Shown one piece after another: positions 8,111-15,725 of a DNA stretch of 15,725 nt. Made by a program: the position numbers and the translations under genes. The notes beneath the pieces were generated by a model, which saw only the letters and a program-made list of their open reading frames with translations, had not been told where the DNA came from and ran no database searches. Numbering within the stretch: the stretch's first letter is position 1; each line of letters opens with the position of its first letter. Source of the stretch: a bacterium (GTDB lineage: Bacteria > SZUA-182 > DTGQ01 > JAFGSM01); NCBI GenBank assembly GCA_049472315.1, contig JBLIRN010000064.1, positions 1 through 15,725 of the forward strand. The letters run 5' to 3'.

Positions 8111-8158
8111 GCTGAATCCTGTAGGATGCGGGAACGTCCCACAGCGTCAGGCATGCAA

Positions 8159-8188
8159 TTGACAAATGGCTTGCTTCTATGATAGTTT
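8159..8188 (+). promoter_or_regulatory. Candidate sigma70 promoter for the usp gene
   Basis: TTGACA (8159-8164), 18-nt spacer, TAGTTT (8183-8188) preceded by an extended -10 TG. Confidence 0.5.
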
Positions 8189-8269
8189 CTGCTGTACATG
8201 ACTGGTCTACAGCGGTTCAGCGGCTGAGAGATACAATACCAACGATGTTCAAAGCCAAGGGAGGAATCA

Positions 8270-8749
8270 ATGCTATCAATAAAAAAGATACTCCTGCCAA
8301 CTGACGGGTCGAGCCATTCCTTTGAAGCGCTTCGGTATGCAAGCTCCTTTGCCAGGGAATTCAATATCACCATATACCTGTTAACGGTCATCGAGATCCA
8401 CCACAGCATCTACGACGCGTATGCGGATGAAATCACCATCGATATGCAGGAATCCCGCATTGCGGCGTTGGTCAATCAACGGCTGGATGAAACGGAAAAG
8501 AAGGCCCGGGAGATGGGTATTAAAAATATCCAAAAAATCTCACGGTTCGGCAGTCCCTATCATGAGATCGTTAAATTTGCCGAGGAGACCGGAATCGATC
8601 TGATCGTTATCGCAACGCACGGCCGTTCCGGTATATCCCATTTTCTCATCGGAAGCGTTACCGAAAAGATCATTCGCACCGCGCCGTGCCCGGTGCTGGT
8701 GGTCCGGCCCAATGTTCAGGGACTGATCAGCGAGAATAAGGGCTCTTAG
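8270..8749 (+). CDS. Universal stress protein (UspA family, single domain)
   Basis: KKILLPTDGS..S..AL, G.PYHEIVKFAEETGIDLIVIATHGRSG....LIGSVTEKIIRTAPCPVLVV. GGAGG RBS. Confidence 0.95.
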   Translation: MLSIKKILLPTDGSSHSFEALRYASSFAREFNITIYLLTVIEIHHSIYDAYADEITIDMQESRIAALVNQRLDETEKKAREMGIKNIQKISRFGSPYHEIVKFAEETGIDLIVIATHGRSGISHFLIGSVTEKIIRTAPCPVLVVRPNVQGLISENKGS

Positions 8750-8986
8750 GGTATCGCGTTCACAAAATCCCCTGTGGTTCGTTTTCCCTCCTTCATAACG
8801 GAACCAGACCGAGGTTCCATGCATGTCAGCCCCACCGTCCCACTCCCCCTCCCCCCTCTATCAGGTTAAAAACACGATAATTGCCGAAAAAAAAGTAGCG
8901 GCAATATATGTCTTGAATGACTCAGTCTTTGCTCGATCATTGAGAGGCTCTCATTTCGCTCATAACGTATGGGAAAGGAGTCGTCC

Positions 8987-9757
8987 ATGGATGATAAGAT
9001 TTACTATGAACTGGATAGCGCCATAACCAATCTAAAGAAGATGCAGGAACAACTCAATGTCTTGCATCGCCAAAGGACGGAAAAGATACAGCAGGCCAAT
9101 GCCGACGAGAGCTTGAATGAGGCCGAGCGCCAGGGAAAGCTCCACGAATTCAATTCCCTGTACGATCATGCTGTTCGCACCATCATGGAAGAATTCCCGA
9201 AAAAATCCGCTGCCATCGAGGATAAGATCGCCGCCCAATTCAACTCGGCATACTTCAATGAGGTTGACATTGATCAAAAAATTATCGCCCTTGAATCAAA
9301 GAATTCACCCTATACCATCCATGATCAGACAGCGGCCATTCTCGGGCTTTCCAGGGAGATTCGCAAAAACAACCTGGCCAAGGAGATAGCGGAAGGAGAT
9401 TATACGGATCTTCTCAATCTCTACAGGATCGCGTTAAGGACCAATAACAGGACCGATCTTGCCTATATCGAGAGCAGGATCGAAAAATTGACCAGGAAGG
9501 CAGGGAAGAATAGCAAGGACAATTCATCAAAAACAACGCTGCTCGAGTTGGTCAAAAACTCGGTGATGAAGCGGGTTGATCCGAAGATCTGCGAGCTGAA
9601 GGATCGCTTTGATACGATCACCAAGGAACACGATCAGATCATCACCGAGATCGATGAGGATAATCAGGGGGACGACCTTGCCCAAAAGGTCGCGCAAGAG
9701 GAGAAACCGGAAGAAAAGACGCTGGCACCGGGGGACAACGTATCGCCGGTCAATTGA
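8987..9757 (+). CDS. Hypothetical protein, predicted alpha-helical/coiled-coil
   Basis: 256-aa ORF filling the gap between usp and the J-protein gene, with AAGGAG 6 nt before ATG 8987 (alternative ATG at 8969). Rich in E/K/Q/I/L with an acidic tail. I recognise no family. Confidence 0.8.
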   Translation: MDDKIYYELDSAITNLKKMQEQLNVLHRQRTEKIQQANADESLNEAERQGKLHEFNSLYDHAVRTIMEEFPKKSAAIEDKIAAQFNSAYFNEVDIDQKIIALESKNSPYTIHDQTAAILGLSREIRKNNLAKEIAEGDYTDLLNLYRIALRTNNRTDLAYIESRIEKLTRKAGKNSKDNSSKTTLLELVKNSVMKRVDPKICELKDRFDTITKEHDQIITEIDEDNQGDDLAQKVAQEEKPEEKTLAPGDNVSPVN

Positions 9758-9770
9758 AGGGCAGTTTAAA

Positions 9771-10589
9771 TCACTTCTTGAGAACCTTGATGACAAGGTA
9801 GCAGGCTGGAACGCCTTTATCCCTGATCCTGAGCCGTACCCCATCCTTGATACCTCCGGGCACCTTAACCCTGTATCGACGTGTTCCTTCGGGGGTTTCC
9901 AAAATTACTGACTTCGTCGTTCCCTGTCTTGCCTCCACAGGTGTTATCTCAATATATACCGACGGAAGCCGCTTGTCCTCAATTGCCGGGCCCCCTCCTA
10001 TCGAATCCCAGCATCCCTTTACATAGCGTACTGTCTTTGATACACCGGCCTTCAACCGTTCTATGATCATGGCGAACATGTGGGAGAGGGCCATGGGTGC
10101 ATTCCCCAGGTGGATCATCCCGTCCGGTGCCTGAGCGGTATGAGGGGAAAAACCCCAAAACCCTATAAATATTCCACCAAACAGGAAGCCTCCCGAGAAT
10201 ATCTGTTTCATGAAGCGTTCGTTCATGCGTATGCCTCCACCCTTGGCCATCTGCTCAAATACCTCCCTGGCTTCCGGATTTCTGAACATGTCTCTCAGCA
10301 GTTCCTCATACCGGTAGCCTGAAAAACCCGCACCTGTCCTTTTAATCTTCTCTGCATGGTAGAGAAAGTGGTCGTACTCCTCCCTTTTTGCCGGGTCGAT
10401 GAGAATCCCATACGCCTCGGTGATGCTCTTGAACCGTTCGAGGGCATACCTGTCCCCAGGATTTCTGTCAGGGTGATACCGAAGGGCCAATTTACGGTAT
10501 GCGGATTTTATCTGCCGAACGTCCGCCTTCCTCTCTATACCGAGGATATCGTAATGGGTCTCCGCAGCATCGGAATGAAAGGTATTCAT
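9771..10589 (-). CDS. DnaJ-domain protein (J-domain, G/F region, single DnaJ C-terminal subdomain; short CbpA-like)
   Basis: HYDILG...IKSAYRKLALRYHPDRNP...FKSITEAY.IL.DP.KR.EYD with the HPD motif. The C-terminus ITPVEARQG...VKVPGGIKDGVRLRIRDKG...YLVIKV matches DnaJ_C. Start placed at ATG 10589 (10628 is possible). The ORF-track start at 10826 is upstream of the predicted promoter. Confidence 0.88.
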   Translation of the reverse strand: MNTFHSDAAETHYDILGIERKADVRQIKSAYRKLALRYHPDRNPGDRYALERFKSITEAYGILIDPAKREEYDHFLYHAEKIKRTGAGFSGYRYEELLRDMFRNPEAREVFEQMAKGGGIRMNERFMKQIFSGGFLFGGIFIGFWGFSPHTAQAPDGMIHLGNAPMALSHMFAMIIERLKAGVSKTVRYVKGCWDSIGGGPAIEDKRLPSVYIEITPVEARQGTTKSVILETPEGTRRYRVKVPGGIKDGVRLRIRDKGVPACYLVIKVLKK

Positions 10590-10707
10590 GAGCAGAACCT
10601 TTGCAGAATTGTACGTACGTAACACCATGGGGAAGGGGAAAAACCCTCTCCATAACCCGCTGAGTGGAGGCATACAACCGCTGTGCGGTAACATGATTAC
10701 CCTATTT

Positions 10708-10736
10708 ATTGTAGCATTGTGCACGGGGGAGGGCAA
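10708..10736 (-). promoter_or_regulatory. Sigma70-type promoter for the J-domain gene
   Basis: Minus strand TTGCCC (10736-10731), 17-nt spacer, TACAAT (10713-10708) with an extended -10 TG. Confidence 0.65.
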
Positions 10737-10766
10737 TTGATCTATTACATTCCTCTGTGATACAAT
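10737..10766 (+). promoter_or_regulatory. Sigma70-type promoter for amrB-nagZ
   Basis: TTGATC (10737-10742), 18-nt spacer, TACAAT (10761-10766) with an extended -10 TG. Confidence 0.6.
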
Positions 10767-10868
10767 GATTTTGTTCATACCTTGTGGCGATACGATGTGT
10801 GCCCCACAAGCACATGGCCACGACATGCCCGTTCCCGGCCGTATTTACCCTAATTGGAGGAACTCACC

Positions 10869-11675
10869 ATGAATGTGAGAAAGCCGGCTGTATCCGGCCA
10901 ATTCTACCCTGGTAACCCGAACAGGCTTTCAGAGGAAATCGACCGACTGACTGAGAGTAATGCCTCGAAACAGAAGGCCCTGGGCGTCATCTCACCCCAT
11001 GCCGGATATATGTATTCGGGCCATATTGCCGGATTGGTCTTCTCTTCCGTGGAGGTCCCGGAAACGGTTGTTATTCTTGGGCCGAATCATACCGGATGTG
11101 GTCCCCAGGCCTCTATCATGAACGAGGGCACGTGGCAGATGCCTATGGGTGACGTCACAATCGACCAGGAGTTGGCCAAAGCAATACTCGATCATTCGGA
11201 TAATATTCAGTCCGATATATCGGCACAAATGCTCGAACACTCGATTGAGGTGCAAATTCCCTTTCTTCAGCATTTTCGTCCGCAGGTAAAAATCGTGCCT
11301 ATTGTACTTGCAGGGTACAACTTCTCTCTGTGCAATGAGGTAGCCGACGCCCTTGTACAGGGTATACAGGGCAGCGGGAAGGATACGCTGATTGTGGCAA
11401 GCACGGATCTCACCCATTATCGCCCGCAAGACGAGGCGTACCTCAGCGATCAGAAGGTCATCGACCGGGTGCTCCAACTCGATGCCAAGGGACTCCTCGA
11501 AATGGTTATCCAGGAGGGAATCAGCATGTGCGGGGTCATACCGGTAACCACAATGATTCTTGCGGTCAAGGAAATGGGGGCGACCCGCGCGAGCCTTATA
11601 AAGTATATGACCTCAGGGGATGTCTCTGGTGACCTGAGCCATGTGGTGGGATATGCAGGGATGATTATCCTGTAG
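10869..11675 (+). CDS. amrB: AmmeMemoRadiSam system protein B (MEMO1 family)
   Basis: RKPAVSGQFYP, PHAGYMYSG, LGPNHTG, EHSIEVQIPF, ASTDLTHY, SMCG, TSGD...VVGY. GGAGG lies 8 nt before ATG 10869. Confidence 0.94.
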   Translation: MNVRKPAVSGQFYPGNPNRLSEEIDRLTESNASKQKALGVISPHAGYMYSGHIAGLVFSSVEVPETVVILGPNHTGCGPQASIMNEGTWQMPMGDVTIDQELAKAILDHSDNIQSDISAQMLEHSIEVQIPFLQHFRPQVKIVPIVLAGYNFSLCNEVADALVQGIQGSGKDTLIVASTDLTHYRPQDEAYLSDQKVIDRVLQLDAKGLLEMVIQEGISMCGVIPVTTMILAVKEMGATRASLIKYMTSGDVSGDLSHVVGYAGMIIL

Positions 11676-11678
11676 CCG

Positions 11679-13508
11679 ATGAGGGAATCCTTTTCCATAA
11701 CTCGCCGGGATGCCGAAATAACCGTCTTGGGGCGGAGAACACTGTCCGCGGTCATTGCGCTCCTCATTCTATGTCTCTGCTCGTGCGCCCAGTCAAGGCA
11801 AGCCGCAACCTCCACTCTTCTGTCCACATGCAAGGATCCCCTTGAACGGCGCATTGAGGATGTCGTTGCCCGGATGAGCGTAGAGGAAAAGATCGGGCAA
11901 CTCTTCATGGTATACTTCAAGGGCCCCTCCCTCTCCGCGGACCTCTTCGAGATGATCGATACCTACCATGTGGGCGGAATAATCCTCTTTAACAGCGCCG
12001 GCAATATCGAGGACCCCGCTCAGGTGGCGGGCCTCATCAATTCCGCTCAACATGAGGCATTGACCCACGGGGCGAGGCTCCCGCTCCTTGTCGCCGTCGA
12101 CCAGGAAGGGGGCCGTGTCGTTCGATTGACCAAAGGAGTAACGGTCTTCCCAGGCAACATGGCAATCGGGGCTTCCGGCTCCCTGAACCATGCGCGCCTC
12201 ATGGCAGCGACCATTGCCAAGGAACTCAAGGCAATCGGCATCAACATGAATCTTGCCCCGGTCCTGGACGTGAACAGCAATCCGGATAATCCCATCATTG
12301 GCATCCGTTCCTTCGGTTCTTCGCCATTGCAGGTGGCGGATTTCGGCGCCGCCATGATCGATGCCTACAGGATTTACGGAATTATAGCGACTGCAAAGCA
12401 TTTTCCCGGTCATGGCGATACCGCAGTGGACTCCCATGTCGGACTTCCCGTGGTGCCCCACGGGAAGGATCATCTGGAATCCGTTGAGCTCCTCCCCTTC
12501 AGGAGGGCCATCGAGGCCGGTGTTCCTGCCATAATGAGCGCCCATGTCGTTGTTCCCTCGCTCGAACAGGAAGGAAATCTGCCCGCCACCCTCTCCAAGG
12601 CCGTTCTCAGCGGTCTGCTGCGAGAACGTATGGGCTTTACCGGCCTCATCGTTACCGATTCGCTCGGTATGGGCGCGATCCGCACCGGATACGGTATGTG
12701 CGAGGCGGCACGGATGGCCTTCCAAGCAGGCGCGGACATATTGCTCTTCGGGGCGGATGGCCATTGCGAGCCCCAGGATCAGATCGCATCATTCAAGCAT
12801 TTATGTTTCTGTGTAAATACGGGGAGTATCTCCATGGAGCGTCTCGATGAATCGGTGCGTCGTATACTCAGGGTCAAGATGGAATACGGACTCTTTCGGG
12901 CCTTGCCGGCAAGCACCGGGGATATCCCAGACAAGGCAGGGACGGTGAAACACCGGATAATCGCCGAATTGATCGCACGTGACAGCATCACCCTGGTCAG
13001 GGATGAAAAGGGGTTCCTTCCCCTCAATAGACGACACCCGGTGATGATTGTCTGGACATACCCCGCTGAAGGCCATGGCACTCCCCCTTGCGGCCATACC
13101 TCCTTGCCTGTCACGCACCCCTTGTCCCTCGATCCCTCTGACGAGAAGATCGATGCGGTGGTTCACGCCGCCGATTCCTATCCATGCGTGGTGGTGGGGA
13201 CCTATGACGCCCGCCATCACCCTAAGCAGCAGGATCTCCTCAGGGCGCTTTCAGCCGCAGATACGGATCTGATCGTGGTGGGCATTCAAGGTCCCTATGA
13301 TCTTATATGCTGCCCGGACGTACCCTGTTACATGGCAATCTACGGGGCGCAGCAGGTGTCATTGGGGGCATTGGCCAGGGTCATCTTCGGTGCGGAGAGG
13401 CCCCGGGGCAAGCTTCCCGTAGATCTCCCCGGGCTCTACCCCAGGGGGCACGGACTCCTCGAATTCAATACCATGAGGGAGATTTCCCCAAATGTACGTG
13501 ATCTTTAG
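11679..13508 (+). CDS. nagZ: GH3 beta-N-acetylhexosaminidase, two-domain NagZ type, with probable lipoprotein signal
   Basis: EEKIGQL, DQEGGRV, NLAPVLDV, RSFG, KHFPGHG-x4-DSH (NagZ Asp-His dyad), IMSAH, nucleophile in TDSLGM, and a GH3 C-terminal domain ending GKLPV. The N-terminal hydrophobic stretch ends LCSC. Confidence 0.9.
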   Translation: MRESFSITRRDAEITVLGRRTLSAVIALLILCLCSCAQSRQAATSTLLSTCKDPLERRIEDVVARMSVEEKIGQLFMVYFKGPSLSADLFEMIDTYHVGGIILFNSAGNIEDPAQVAGLINSAQHEALTHGARLPLLVAVDQEGGRVVRLTKGVTVFPGNMAIGASGSLNHARLMAATIAKELKAIGINMNLAPVLDVNSNPDNPIIGIRSFGSSPLQVADFGAAMIDAYRIYGIIATAKHFPGHGDTAVDSHVGLPVVPHGKDHLESVELLPFRRAIEAGVPAIMSAHVVVPSLEQEGNLPATLSKAVLSGLLRERMGFTGLIVTDSLGMGAIRTGYGMCEAARMAFQAGADILLFGADGHCEPQDQIASFKHLCFCVNTGSISMERLDESVRRILRVKMEYGLFRALPASTGDIPDKAGTVKHRIIAELIARDSITLVRDEKGFLPLNRRHPVMIVWTYPAEGHGTPPCGHTSLPVTHPLSLDPSDEKIDAVVHAADSYPCVVVGTYDARHHPKQQDLLRALSAADTDLIVVGIQGPYDLICCPDVPCYMAIYGAQQVSLGALARVIFGAERPRGKLPVDLPGLYPRGHGLLEFNTMREISPNVRDL

Positions 13509-13644
13509 CCTCCCGGAGATTTGTGCCTTCAATGCCCGGCAAATCATCTCCTTTCCATTCCGGCCCTTCCGTACCATCCCGTCCGTACAGGGGCCGTAGG
13601 CATCCAGAAGGATCGGCAGGTAGTACACAGGTGATATTCCCTTC

Positions 13645-14574
13645 ATGACAAAAGGCTACCCAGTGAAACATATTATTGAGGCACGTTCTATCCTGAAGCG
13701 GTTCGGAAGCCTTGCGGCGGTCGATGGCGTATCGTTCGATGTAAAACATGGTGAATGCTTCGGAATACTCGGGCCGAACGGCGCGGGAAAGACATCCACC
13801 ATTCGGATGATATATGGTTTTTCGCCGTTGACCGGCGGGGAACTACGGGTGTTCGGCCGTGATATCACCACGGATGCCCGCGCCGTCAAGGCCCGCATCG
13901 GCGTGTGCCAGCAGGAGAACAGCCTCGATCCGGACCTCACGGTTAAGGAGAACCTGGAGGTCTTTGCCGGCTATTTCAACATGCCCCGCAAGGTAGCCCG
14001 AAAGCGGGCGGAGTACCTCTTGTCATTCAATGCCCTCGAGCACCGCGCCCATGCCAAGGTCTCCGAGCTCTCCGGCGGATTGATGCGCCGCCTCGTCCTT
14101 GCGCGGGCGCTGGTCAGCGAACCCGATCTCCTTATCCTTGATGAGCCGACCACCGGTCTGGACCCTCAAACCAGGCATCAGATCTGGGAGCGGCTGGAAA
14201 AACTCAAGGCCGAGGGACTCACCATACTGCTCACCACCCATTACATGGACGAGGCCTCCCGGTTGTGCGACCGTCTGATCATTATGGACCAGGGAGGCAT
14301 CCTCGTGGAGGGGAAGCCGATACACCTGATTCGCAGGTATGTGGGCAGCAATGTCATCGAGATCGCGGAGCCAGGCAGTGATGTGATGGAATTCGTGGGT
14401 ACATCCGGCCTGCAGTACGAAAACATCGGGCATCGGATTCTCATCTACGGTCAGGAAAACGACAGTCTCTTTCGCACCATCAGCGAGACCTTCTGCACCG
14501 AGGGATGCATCCTGCGGACGGCGACCTTGGAGGATGTGTTCCTGAAGCTGACAGGGAGGGACCTTAGGGAATGA
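13645..14574 (+). CDS. ABC exporter ATP-binding protein, NodI/DrrA-like
   Basis: Walker A GPNGAGKT, signature LSGGL, Walker B LILDEPTTGLDP, H-loop TTHYMDEA and C-terminal TLEDVFLKLTGR.LRE. The start may be GTG 13663. Confidence 0.93.
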   Translation: MTKGYPVKHIIEARSILKRFGSLAAVDGVSFDVKHGECFGILGPNGAGKTSTIRMIYGFSPLTGGELRVFGRDITTDARAVKARIGVCQQENSLDPDLTVKENLEVFAGYFNMPRKVARKRAEYLLSFNALEHRAHAKVSELSGGLMRRLVLARALVSEPDLLILDEPTTGLDPQTRHQIWERLEKLKAEGLTILLTTHYMDEASRLCDRLIIMDQGGILVEGKPIHLIRRYVGSNVIEIAEPGSDVMEFVGTSGLQYENIGHRILIYGQENDSLFRTISETFCTEGCILRTATLEDVFLKLTGRDLRE

Positions 14575-15350
14575 CACACAGGATATCCTTGCGATTCATC
14601 AGGGTGTGGCAGCGTGACCTGAAGGTCTACCGGAAGACATGGCGAATCAATTTTCTCCCGCCCCTCCTGGAGCCACTCCTTTACGTGGTCGCCTTCGGAC
14701 TCGGACTGGGTGCCATGGTGGGTTCGGTGACCTATCAAACCAACGAAATTTCCTATGTGTCCTTCATTGCCCCGGCCCTGATCGCAATAACCATCATGAA
14801 TAATGCATTCTTTGAAAATACGTATGCCTCGTTCGTACGAATGTACTACCAGCGAACCTTTGATTCCATGATGGCAACCCCCCTCTCCCTGGATGAGATC
14901 ATCGCCGGGGAGATCTTCTGGGGTGCGACGAAATCGGTCATCGCCGCGATCATCATGGCGGGTATTCTGAGTATATTCAATCTTATCAGGTATCCGTGGG
15001 GATTGCTCCTTATCCCCCTTGCCTTCCTGGGAGGCATCGGCTTCGGATCGATCGGGATGTTTTTTACGGGCATCATACCCAATATAGAGACCTTCAACAT
15101 ACCTGTATTTCTTTTTATCACCCCCATGTTCCTGTTCAGCGAAACCTTTTTCCCCCTCACCACCCTTCCGGAATGGGCGCAGCAATTCTCCCGTATTCTT
15201 CCCCTCACCCATCTTGTGCAGGCCAGCCGAGCATTGTGTTTCGGCAGGATTACCCTCGATCTTCTCCTGAATATTGCCTATCTCATGCTTTTTGCAGCCA
15301 TATTCCTCCCCCTTGCCCTTATGAGGATGCGACGACGATTGATCAAATAA
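14571..15350 (+). CDS. ABC-2 type permease, NodJ-like
   Basis: About six hydrophobic segments with EPLLY..AFG.GLG, SYVSFIAP, F.RM..Q.TFD.M.ATPL, TPMFLFS..FFP and LPLTH.V. ATGA overlap with the ATPase gene. Confidence 0.93.
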   Translation: MTHRISLRFIRVWQRDLKVYRKTWRINFLPPLLEPLLYVVAFGLGLGAMVGSVTYQTNEISYVSFIAPALIAITIMNNAFFENTYASFVRMYYQRTFDSMMATPLSLDEIIAGEIFWGATKSVIAAIIMAGILSIFNLIRYPWGLLLIPLAFLGGIGFGSIGMFFTGIIPNIETFNIPVFLFITPMFLFSETFFPLTTLPEWAQQFSRILPLTHLVQASRALCFGRITLDLLLNIAYLMLFAAIFLPLALMRMRRRLIK

Positions 15351-15546
15351 GGACATTGTTGATCACCACTCCCCAAATCACACGATAAGAGCCCCATTTC
15401 CATCCCCCTCACTGCTTTATCGTTGCGGCGTCAAGGAGGTTTGCAGGCGAATTGAATTACTCGGGGTAAAGGGAGTTTTTGGGCACCCTACAGGAATGGG
15501 AAATCATACCCATGAGCCAGGCGATTGCGCCCTGCCGGGCGCACGC

Positions 15547-15580
15547 AAAAAAAGAGGGCAGCGGATATCCGCTGCCCTCT
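15547..15580 (-). terminator. Rho-independent terminator of the convergent minus-strand gene
   Basis: Perfect 28-bp palindrome AGAGGGCAGCGGAT/ATCCGCTGCCCTCT (15553-15580) with an A7 run on the + strand (U7 on the minus transcript), 22 nt after the stop at 15603. Confidence 0.9.
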
Positions 15581-15602
15581 GGGTGTTTCCCGGTTAAGGG
15601 TA

Positions 15603-15725
15603 TTAGTAGCTCCACCACGGCTTCACGTCGAGGAAGAACTCCATGATTGCATAGCCGCCCCTGATGTCGTAGAAGATGACCTCTACCATATAGGAGCCGG
15701 GGAAATTGCTCTGGAACTTCCAGAT
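15603..15725 (-). CDS. 3' end of a gene truncated by the window edge; possible Ig/PKD-like beta-sandwich C-terminus
   Basis: Open frame ...IWKFQSNFPGSYMVEVIFYDIRGGYAIMEFFLDVKPWWSY* with C/G-ending codons, followed by a strong terminator. Confidence 0.75.
   Translation of the reverse strand: MWKFQSNFPGSYMVEVIFYDIRGGYAIMEFFLDVKPWWSY

Noticed and set aside
10590..10826. 79-aa N-terminal extension of the J-domain protein
   Set aside because: It runs across the divergent promoter pair, and J-domains of this class normally start near the N-terminus.
123..15388. Long alternative-frame and antisense ORFs (e.g. 123-935, 860-1834, 2692-3432, 5757-6536, 11793-12764, 14451-15356)
   Set aside because: They are shadows of well-supported genes in GC-rich DNA and have no recognisable motifs.

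Overview
A GC-rich bacterial chromosomal window from a diderm, probably Desulfobacterota/delta-proteobacteria-like (an inference from gene content only). The left half is a minus-strand run: acs, then tolA-tolB-pal-cpoB, then efp-epmA, with no tolQ/tolR in the window. The right half holds a universal stress protein, an unrecognised helical protein, a truncated DnaJ/CbpA-like J-protein, an amrB (Memo)-nagZ-nodI/nodJ-like ABC cluster, and the 3' end of a convergent gene with a strong terminator. The least explained part is the 590-bp divergent acs/usp intergenic region. It has (i) an 82-bp-period array (7685-7952) in which a near-invariant 46-nt block with a GNA-triloop hairpin alternates with a diverged 36-nt block and runs into the acs Shine-Dalgarno, and (ii) a separate 15-bp-period array (8030-8110) that reads (N-D-P-C-x)n on the minus strand with mostly synonymous variation. 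I recognised no rRNA, tRNA, cas, transposase or integrase genes.
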